Origin: the human T2T-CHM13v2.0 reference genome, Homo sapiens
Reading direction: 5' to 3' (one strand)
NCBI RefSeq assembly: GCF_009914755.1
Contig: NC_060926.1
Length of the DNA stretch: 64,000 nt
The notes under the pieces were generated by a model, which did not search any database, had not been told where the DNA came from, and was given only the letters and a program-made list of their open reading frames with translations. Made by a program: the position numbers and the translations under genes. The first letter of the stretch is position 1. Each line of letters starts with the position of its first letter. Shown in pieces: positions 47,725 to 64,000 of this stretch.

Positions 47725-47994
47725 CTGGTGATTTAAAAAAAGTTACATGCAATTTACAGTAATTAAGTATGAGATATACTATATCCCACGTTCTCTAAAA
47801 CAGCAACATATTTTATGTCAGAGAAAGCAAGGGTCTTCATTACTATCACAGAGACTCTTCTTGAAAGATTAAAAATAGCTGTAATTCAATGGTTCTTATA
47901 TTAGAGTACACATTCAATCACTTGTAAAAACAAATTCAGGAAGTCAAAGCTGGGGTTTCACCAGCTGTATTTTCACAAAGCTCCACAAGTGATT

Positions 47995-48695
47995 TAAAAA
48001 ATTAGCTTTATGGGACAAAATTCTGATATAATTCTTCTATTTAAACATATACAATTTAGTGGTTTTTAGTATATTCAGAATTGTACATCTATCACCACAG
48101 TCTTAGAACACTTTCATTACCCACAAAAGAAAGTTTTCTTTTAACTATTACCCCCCAAATTCCCATCCTTTGGCAACCAGTAATCTACTTTCCTTCTCTA
48201 AAGATAGGCCTATTCTGAACACTTCACATACATGGAATCATAATATGTGGTCTTTTGTGATGGTCTCCTTCCACTTTTTTCAAGATTCATCCATGTTGTA
48301 ACATATACCAGTATTTCATTTAATTTCTTTTTAATCAAATTCCTTTTATTCCATTGTATGATTATACTACATTTTATTTTTCCATTCATCAATTGACAGA
48401 CATTTGGGTTGTTTCTGCTTTTTGGCTGTTATGAATAATACTCCTATGAACATTTGCATATAAGTTTTTGTATGAATATATGCTTTCATTTTTCTTGGTT
48501 ATATTCCTAGGAATGCAGATGCTGAGTTATGCAATAACTCTGTATTTAGCCATTTGAGGAATTGTCAGACTGTTTTTCACAGTAGCGACATTATTTTACA
48601 CTCCTACCAGCAGTGTATGAGGGTTCCAGGTTTTCCACATCCTCATTAAAACTTATTATTTGTCTTTTTAAAATTATAGTCGTTCTAGTGGGTAT
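47995..48695 (-). mobile_element. Old L1M 3' fragment, apparently inserted into a MER5-type DNA element
   Basis: Antisense L1MB/MC 3' UTR motifs; ccaca(a/g)gtgattt duplicated on both sides. Confidence 0.65.
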
Positions 48696-48937
48696 AATCC
48701 ACAGGTGATTTTTGATAAGCATCCTTGGTTCAGAACTACATATTTAATTGGCTGGATACATAATCCAGTACTTAAAGCCTCTAGATTAACCAGCATCAAA
48801 TATCCCCTAGATGTACATTCTATATGTCTGAGAATCAATTATCAAGTCAGTTGAAACCAAGAAAAACGAGACCTTTTTCAGACTTTCAAAACAAGATAGA
48901 CATTTATACTTAAGTCTGGTTCTGGTTGATGTCATAG

Positions 48938-49255
<318 letters not shown>

Positions 49256-49574
49256 AGAATAATCTCTTAATTAAAAGGCTGGGTCTGGCACAGATCAACT
49301 GAATATTGCTTACCACTTCCTGGAATATAGGTTAAATCAGGTTAAAATTAACACTAAAGGCAGACTTGAAATTGTATAAAAGTAACTGAAGGGCACTAAG
49401 TAGCTGTAGAAAGATTTGAGTGGAGGGGATTTATGGACTGCTGCTTTAATATATTCAGGCCAAATTCTTTTTTCCCTGCTCCTGCATCCCTTAATCACTG
49501 TCCAAGCCCAACGAAACAAAGTTTTAGCCTCCTGGGAAACTAATAACTGCTATACTCCAGGGAAGGTTTTGTCC

Positions 49575-50011
49575 ATTGTACTACAGTTTCTACATCTGCT
49601 TCTCCAGATCCATTCTCCACCCCTCACTTTTTCCTGAATTCTGGGAGGCTGACTTTTATAGACTGGCTTCTAGGTAAGTTCAGGAATTAAGAGGTATCAG
49701 CAGATAGGAGGGTAGGAGAAAATAAGGTTAGTGTATGTATTTCCTCATCTTTTTCCTGCTGAGCCACAGGTTGGCAGTGGTTGTAGTGTTCCTGCACCCA
49801 AGGCTACAGCTCCAGGAATGTTATCCACTCCTAGAGCCCTCTAGGTTTGTTCCTTCTCTTGTCCTGGTACCTTGGAGTACCAGCTGGCTCTGTTACTAGT
49901 TTAGCATCTTATCATTTCTTGTTGGTTTCTCTTAACCCTGCACATATACCTTTGAAATAGTCCATTATAATCTCAATTATTCCATTCAGTATGCCAGGAT
50001 CTAACTGACAC
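49575..50011. mobile_element. ERVL LTR remnant (LTR33-like)
   Basis: 'ccagatccattctccacccct...gggaggctgac...ggctacagctcc' motifs recalled for LTR33. Confidence 0.5.
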
Positions 50012-50319
50012 AGTTGATGCAGCTCAAATATTACAATAAATGCCTACTGTGTGCTTGGCACTATCTTAGGCACTAGGAATAGAATGGAGAACAAGATCAG
50101 GCTCTACATTTTAAGAAGTCTTCAGACTATAGGAAGAAAACTTCAAGTGCCAGGGTATAAAATGGAGAAAACAAGTGAGGAATTTTCTTGGGGATGTCTT
50201 AAAACTTAAGAGGATCCCAAACTCTTGCAAATTTGGGAGAGAGGGACGATAAATTTAAGAAATCATCTGTCTTGTTTAGCCACATGTAGGATGACAAGGC
50301 AGCAAGGAAGCATTGGCTC

Positions 50320-50495
50320 TTGGAAGGAAGGAGGGAAGGAGGAAGGAACAACAGATGGACGGTCAGAAGGAAGGAAGGAAAAATGGAAGGAAGGGAGGAA
50401 GGGAGGGAAAGAGGAAGATGAAAAAAAGAGATGGGAGGGGAAGGAAGGGAAGAAAGAAAAGGAAACAAACTAGGATGACAAGGAAGGAAATTAGG
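50320..50495. repeat. GA-rich low-complexity (GGAA)n-like tract
   Basis: Direct inspection; source of spurious ORFs 50199-50627 and 50225-50473. Confidence 0.85.
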
Positions 50496-51756
50496 GAGTG
50501 AGTGTCTCTTATTAGAAGTATACATATTATGAACGATTCTTGCAGCAGCAGCAGCAAAAAAAGAACAGGGATGGGGATTGGTGGGAAATAACCTGAATCT
50601 GATCACACCTATAGCTCTAATTATCAATTTATAGAAAATAGAAAAACATGTTCAACTCCAGCAAGGGGATGGAATCAGTAAACTCCAAACATAGAAAATG
50701 CAAAAGTATAAAAAAGTTTTATTTGATAAATTATAAGGGGAGAAAAAGAGATGGAGAACAGACCTTACAGATAAAGAAACAATTCAGTTCTGACAATGAA
50801 AGTTGTCAGAATCAAAATGGAGTCACTGTTTTTTGTTTTTTTTAAAAAAAACAAAAAAATAAAAAAACCCTGACAAATAGAGCCAGGGAAGGCTGTGAAG
50901 GGAGGGTTCTCATGCTTGTATACATAATAGCAAAACTGTCACAGAAGACTCTGCAAAAACCACAACTCTGCACAAAGGCCACTGCAACCTTACACACACA
51001 CAAAAATACTTCTCTGAGGACATCTGCCCAGCAACTACTTGTCCAACCTCGGGCTGCCACCACCCTTGTTATGGATCCTTATAGGCAAGGATAATTATTT
51101 CAAAACAATTATGTAATCCTCCTCATTTTTTCTTTAACACCCATTGTCTTCCTTTACCTTCCTGAATATGCAAACAATTTACTATGACCTGTGGACTCCT
51201 GTTCCAATACCCTATTCCCAAATAAACATTATTTTCTTTTAGAGAGCCCCTCTCTGTTTGTTATTTAGGTTGACATGAAGAGTGTCCAGAGGTAGGACCT
51301 TGAATAGGATTACTTTTGGACACAGTTTGTGATGCTTAGAACTGGTGTGCAGTACTCATATGAGCCCCTGGAGCTCTCTGCTTCCACGGCACACCTTTTG
51401 TCAGGCCAAGACTCTCTCTCCCTCTAAAATCAAGGTAGAACCTCTTGACTTTATTCTGGATCTGGTAAATAAAGGACCTTACATCTCTCCTGGGATGACA
51501 GAAGACCTTTTGTCTTTTCTGGCAAGTCTTTCCTGGTTTAAAGACAAATGTCTTTGTGGTTTGAGGACCCGAGTTTCTACGGAATTTACATTCTGTTGGT
51601 TAGACATGTCTTTTCTAGGGAATTTACTTTTGGTTTTCTGTGTGTCAAATTTAATATTTTACGTGATCTGCATTCTACAGGCTACTTTACCCCAAATTTT
51701 GTTCCACAGCCTTAATTACATATAGGGGCCCAATTTTGTCAGAAATGTAATTTGGA

Positions 51757-51862
51757 TCTAATTGTCTTTCATAAACCAGTGAGTTTGTATTACTACTTTA
51801 TAATTAAAATCTAATTATCTTTCACAAACCAGTGAGTTTGTATTACTACTTTATAATTAAAA
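51757..51862. repeat. 53-bp tandem duplication inside the provirus
   Basis: tctaattgtctttcataaaccagtgagtttgtattactactttataattaaaa x2 with 2 mismatches. Confidence 0.9.
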
Positions 51863-53591
51863 TTCCAAAATGAAATCTATAAGGCTTTTGAGTATGTCTA
51901 TATATGTTCAGGTACATTTATACATATGTACATGTATTGGCATAGTTGGCCAAAAATCCCCTAAGAAATTCTATTCAGATTGGCTTCAATAAATGAGTAC
52001 TCATACAAATTATATACTAATTAACCCAAGTGTCTTTTAGCTCAGTGACTTAAGTAAATCTTTAATAAATAAGCTGGTTCTCATCTATTAAATACTAATA
52101 AGTGACAGTTCAAATTACTTGTTAAATTTAAGGTTACTAAGAGTTAAATTTCTAGTTAAAAATAGAAATTAATTTATAATAACAATTCTAATTAGTGTAT
52201 ATAAAATATATCAAAAATAATGTATTATTGATGAGAAAAATTATAAGAAAGGCATACAAATGTGTTCTTTATTGACAAAAAATAATTTTGTCTAATTTGG
52301 ATGTACTTAAAGGTGTTTCAAAATATAGATTTAGAAAAAAATAGAAACAAGATAGAAAGGAACCAGTAAGTAAGAGAGAGATGTGAATAAAGTTATGGGT
52401 TGAGAATGTGTTTTTGGTAAGGAAGGTTAAAAACAAAACAGAATAGTTTTTATAAGAACAACTTATGTGATCCATTTTTGTCCTAAAGTAAAATGACTGG
52501 TTATTTAAGAAATAGGAAATACCTGGACAAGACAGAAAGGCTAAGCATGTTATCAAAGGTCTGAGTAAGTCATGAAAAAAGTTGATGAAGAGTGACTTTA
52601 TGAAAGAAAATTCTGCATGTGATCAAATTGGCTATAAAAGAGATTTGTGTCTTTCTAAAGATTAAGATTCGATATTAAAGATATACTAATGCAAAACTAA
52701 AAATTTGGTCCCCTATGTAGAAGCAGCAAGGCTTTCTTGAAATATTCATTTACTCTTAGAAAATTGGAAAGGGTTTTGATTTTTAACTCTGAAATCTGTT
52801 TCATTAACAGCCATCCTCTACACTGTCCAGAGTTTCTGTTTCTGCCACATTTCCTCCTGAGATCTGTTCTTCCTCTCTCCCTTTGAGAAGGCCTCAGGGG
52901 ATAACCTCTCTTTCAACCTTTTTGTCACCTCCTGTAACTTTTTTCTTCAGTTCTAACTCTACTGTTATGGCCTGAGGCCGAAATCTTCATCTAGAAAAAC
53001 AATGTTTTCCTCTTGGATAACTTGATTCTATATTCTTGGCTTTTCTTGATACATCTCAATTGTTCCATGTAATCAGGAAACTATGTCACATGTTTTTACT
53101 TTTTCTAAGAGCCACTTATTCCTCTGTTCCCAATACTAGCTTTCTTGTTTATATTCCTCTATAATATGGGCTTACACTTATAACCTTAGACACATTTTTC
53201 CTGTATCTGATTAAATTCAAGTACCCATTCATCAGGTTCGTTCAAGTTCTGGGTTATCTAAATGAGTTTCCCATAAAAAAATGCAGTCACACTGCAACAG
53301 ACTTTTCTTTATCTTTTGGTAATAAAAAACCTAATAAAGATAACACAGGGAATTACACAGTACTGATGTTTTATAGGATAATTTCCTGTGTTAATCTTTA
53401 TTAATCTTAAAGCTTAGGATAACTGAGCTTTAAGAAGATTAAGATTTTTACATCCATACAACTTTCTGTATTGCTTTTGAAGTCTTTTACTACTTTAACC
53501 GAAATACTATTATTTCACAATGACCTGTGATCCTCTTTTGATCAAGCGTTTTGAACCTTTTGACATATTTGGCAAGCTTCCCAAAGATGAA

Positions 53592-53878
53592 TTTTTTTTT
53601 TTTTTTTTTTTTGGTGGAGGAGTGCAATGGTACAATCATGGTCCACTGTAGCCTCAACCTTCCAAGCTTAAGTAATCCTCCCTTCTCAGACTCCCAAGTG
53701 GCTGGGACTACAGGTGTATGTACGCCACCACATATGGCTAATTATTTTTTATTTTTTGTACAGAGAGGGTTTCACCATGTTGCCCAGGATAGTCTTGAAT
53801 TCCTAGGCTCAAGTGATCCACCCTCCTATGCCTCCTAAAGTGCTCAGAGAACAGGCATGAGCCACCACACACCCGGCC
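53592..53878 (-). mobile_element. Alu (AluJ-like) inside MER65-int
   Basis: Diverged reverse-complement Alu. Confidence 0.85.
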
Positions 53879-54455
53879 GAAAATTCTAAACTAAGTCTTT
53901 TTTACCTAGAATTAATTTTCAGATTTTCTAGTTGGGCCCCTGAAAAGCCTCCAAGAATATATCTCTCATCTTGTAGAGATATTAAATGATTAGGCTTATT
54001 TGGTAAATTATATGGAAAACATTGTCAAATGATAAGTGATACTAGATCTTCTTTCAGTTATATTCATGTTATTGATATACTACAAAATTACATAAATTCA
54101 TAGAAATCAAATATGTTATCAGTCATAATTTTGGCTATGCTAAATCTTCTTTAAAGTTATATTTGTATGGATATGTTATTGATGTCAGCATTTCTAAAAA
54201 TTACATAAAATTGATAAAAGTCTGATGGTCCTGATATGATGCTGTCAGTCATGATTCTAGGTGATATCTTAAAATGCTGCATGTAACAGAAATAACTAAA
54301 ATTTCCTTATCACTTTGGGGCTTTCATCAGATTTTAACCATGACTATGATAAGTTTCTGTCATCCACAGTTATTGTTTTAAATTCTTCTCCAAAAGCATT
54401 TGCAATCAGCTGTATTGCAATCAAGTTTTTCATGAAAAAACCTTAACAAGAACTC

Positions 54456-55092
<637 letters not shown>

Positions 55093-55674
55093 AATAAGCA
55101 CTCTTAAACACAGATTTCTGATAACTTTAAGATTAATTAACTAAATAAAAATTTCCAAAACCCTGATAAAAAACTGATGGGCTCAGGAAACTGCTAATCG
55201 AAATCAAGCAGAACAAAAATTAATTACATGAGATTGACCAACTGATAGTGTTTTTATGACTTCTATTTGAAATGTTGGTTCTTCACTTAAAGGTTTTATT
55301 TTCCAGATTTAAGGAAAATTTATCTCTTAAGCAGGCAATTTGGTAAAGTATACTTTTCTGAACAAAGATGGAATCATATGCTTTTTCTCTCTACTTGGCT
55401 CCTACAAAATTTGGAAACTACCTGAGTATTCTTATGGCCGTATGATTTTTTTTTATAAGTCCAATAAAAATCTGTCCTCTCTTTATAACAGGACACAACT
55501 GGAAATATTGTATTGAATGTTAGTTATATTACCACGGCTTTATCAAAAATGTTATATTTGAGAAGATGCACAGAATATCTGACTTTAAGGGTTCCCAGCC
55601 TGATAGTGAGTAAATAAAAACTGTCAACTGCTGGCAGGCCTAGGAACCTTAAGACCTTAAAAACCTCAAGAGGT

Positions 55675-56000
55675 TTTTATTGTTTTTGTTTTTTGTGTGT
55701 GTGTGTTTTGTTTTGAGACAGAGTCTCGCTCTGTTGCCCAGGCTGGAGTGCAGCGGCGTGATCTCGGCTCACTGAAACTTCTGCCTCCTGGGGTCAAGTG
55801 ATTCTCGTGCCTCAGTATCCTGAGTGGCTGGGATTACAGGCATACAACACCATGCCTGGCTAATTTTTTTGTATTTTTAGTAGAGATGGGGTTTTTGCCA
55901 TGCTGGCCAAGCTGGTCTCAAACTCCTGACCTCAGGTCATCAACCTGCCTCAGCCTCCCCAAAGTGCTGGGATTACAGGCATGAGCCACCATGCCCAGCC
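55675..56000 (-). mobile_element. Alu (AluS-like) inside MER65-int
   Basis: Reverse-complement Alu; TSD-like cctcaag. Confidence 0.88.
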
Positions 56001-56577
56001 CTCAAGGTTTTTAAATCTGAGATTGCTATGTGATCAATGTAGAGAGAAAAAAATTATGTTTCTAAATAAAAGCTATAATACACCTGTTATTAGAATGTAG
56101 CTCTGTTCATTGTTTTCAAGTTCTTGATAGACTATACTACTTGATAAACTAGACTAGATCCTGCATTCTTCTAGATTCTTCCAATCCAACTTTCTTCCAT
56201 GGAATTACTAAAAATGAGAAGTGCTTTATTCTGAGAGCCCTGTAAGCTGAAACTAGATGCATTTTAAGAAATAAGCCTCATGTTTGATGTATGGGCCACA
56301 TAAAAAGTTCACCAAGGCACCTGATGTCATAATCAGAGTCATTCAAACTACAAACCAGGATGAGAAGTTGACACTTCCACTCTTCAGATAGCTTTTCCCA
56401 AGATGTCAGAACAAGACTTCATATCATGAGACCCTTACCCTTCTTAGTGACCTTTTTTACTTGAAGGATAATGGTCATTTGATGTATTCAACTGGTTGTG
56501 TTTAAGCCTAGGTTCATGGTTCAAAACTATTATGCAAACTGATCATTTTACTTTGTATTTCCCCTTTTTAAACTTTG

Positions 56578-56926
56578 TTTTTCTTTGTGTCTTCTCTGAT
56601 TTATTTGAGCTGTGTTTTGTAATTCTCATTGTGGAGATCTTTTGCCTCCCTGGTTAGCTATATTCCTAGGTATTTTACTCTTTTTGTGGCAGTTGTGAAT
56701 GGGATTGCCTTTCTGAAGTCCTTGCCAGAGCAATCAGGCAAGAGACAGAAATAAAGGGCATCGAAATAGGAAGAGAGGAAGTCAAACTATCTCTGTTTGC
56801 AGATGACATGACTCTATACCTAGAAAACCCCATAGTCTCGGCTCAAAAGCTCCTTCAGTTGATAAACGACTTCAGCAAAATTTCAGGATATAAAATCAAT
56901 GTACGAAAATCACTAGCATTCCTCTA
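56578..56926. mobile_element. Short L1 ORF2 insertion made of two oppositely oriented pieces (minus 56578-56715; plus 56716-56926)
   Basis: The plus piece encodes the RT FADDM-LYLENP region. The minus piece is the L1 segment that normally follows it (compare the L1 at ~12480-12615). Confidence 0.8.
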
Positions 56927-57801
56927 TCTGTTAACTTGTTTAAATTTTTGTAGAAATACAACTCCTAACAGTTTAATGCTGGCCCAGCACTTTGAAATGA
57001 TGGCAAAAGACTATGGAACAAACTAAGCTGAACTTAATAATGGACTCCAGGTAGACTTAGCTTCAGAGCCACTCCCTTCAAACATCCCTCAGTGCTCAAA
57101 TGTGGCTAAAAGGTTTTTGACACTGACTCCTAGTCACCAATCATTACAATGTGGTATTAGACCAACAACCTGGGACAGGTCTATTCCAGCACCAAGGGAT
57201 ATCAAAATCTAACTATGGGGTGATTGATCAGTGATGCTTTTGGAGAAATATCTTAATCAAAAGGGGAAAATGTGAAACTGGCCAGAATCAACATGGTCAT
57301 TTGTGTTAAAAACAAACAAACAAACAAACCCTGACAAATAGAGCTGAGGAAGGCTAAGAAGAGAGAGTTCTCACACTTGTATGCTTGATAATAAAACTAA
57401 CACAAAAGACTGCAACCTGGAACAAAGGCCATATCAACCTTATACAGAAAAAAATTTCTCTGAGAACATCTGCCCAGCAACTGCCTGCTCAACCTCAAAC
57501 TGGCATCGCCCTTGTTATTCATCCTGGTAGCCAAGAATAATCATTTCAAAACAATTGTAATCCTTTTTATTTTTCCTTCAGCATCCTTTGTCTTCCTTTA
57601 CCTCCCTGAATATGCATAAGTTTACTGTAGCACACATATTCCCACTGCAATGCCCTATTACAAATAAACATCATTTTCCTTTAGAGAGCCTCTTTCTGTT
57701 TGTTATTTAAGTTGACAAACTTAAAGAAACGAATGACCAACTGGACTGTGTGGATCTTCTTTGAAAACTCTTTAAAATTTTTTTTAAAAAATTTGACTCC
57801 T

Positions 57802-58093
57802 GGCTGGGTGTGGTGGCTCACGCCTGTAATCCCAGCACTTTGGGAGGCCGAGGTGGGCAGATCACGAGGTCAGGAGATCGAGACCATCCTGGCTAACAAG
57901 GTGAAACCCTGTCTCTACTAAAAATACAAAAAATTAGCTGGGCATGGTGGTGGGTACCTGTAGTCCCAGTTACTCAGGAGACTGAGGCAGGAGAATGGCG
58001 TAAACCAGGGAGACAGAGCTTGCAGTTAGCCGAGATCGTACCACCGCACTCCAGCCTGGGCGACAGAGCAAGACTCCGTCTCAAAAAAAAAAA
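57802..58093 (+). mobile_element. Alu (AluY-like)
   Basis: Alu consensus; TSD-like aaaatt(t)gactcct. Confidence 0.9.
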
Positions 58094-58099
58094 ATTGAC

Positions 58100-63770
<5,671 letters not shown>

Positions 63771-63790
63771 CTTCTTAAAAAGTAATTTGA

Positions 63791-64000
63791 GGCCGGGTCC
63801 GGTGGCTCACGCCTGTAGTCCCAGCACTTTGGGAGGCTGAGGCGGGCAGATCATGAAGTCAGGAGTTCAAGACCAGCCTGGCCAACATGGTGAAACCCCA
63901 TCTCTACTAAAAATACAAAAATTAGCCGGACATGGTTGCGGGTGCCTGTAATCCCAGCTACTTGGGAGGTTGAGGCAGTAGAATCACATGAACCAGGGAG
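63791..64000 (+). mobile_element. Alu (AluS-like), cut off by the window edge
   Basis: Alu 5' consensus running to the end of the window. Confidence 0.9.

Noticed and set aside
50199-50627. 142-aa Pro/Ser/Phe-rich ORF and opposite-strand Lys/Glu/Gly-rich ORFs
   Set aside because: Caused by the GA-rich low-complexity tract, which lacks stop codons.

Overview
Human (primate) genomic DNA that I recognise from recalled protein sequences as chr2q33.1. It holds two minus-strand genes. (i) The complete CDS of the small uncharacterised gene C2orf66: two coding exons, 9060-8887 and 7295-7116, plus an inferred non-coding last exon at about 5081-4090. (ii) The last seven coding exons of PGAP1 (GPI inositol deacylase; C-terminal transmembrane region, stop at 40921) with a ~8.2 kb 3' UTR ending near 32680. 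The rest is mostly interspersed repeat: more than 25 Alus, a 5'-truncated L1PA with a TSD, old L1M/L2/MIR/MLT pieces, two oppositely oriented MER11 solo LTRs, an internally deleted HERV-IP10/LTR10 provirus and a two-LTR MER65-type provirus. The best leads are: C2orf66 reads like a secreted peptide-hormone precursor (signal peptide from a strong-Kozak second ATG, RR and GR sites, C-terminal Gly); a 34-nt candidate poison exon in a PGAP1 intron; a CDS-less SUMO2 3'-UTR retrocopy; an H/ACA-shaped ~130-nt element; an Alu whose core was overwritten by a copy of its neighbour's flank; and an internally primed, twin-primed L1 fragment. Gene and repeat names come from memory, not database searches, and repeat subfamily calls and edges are approximate.
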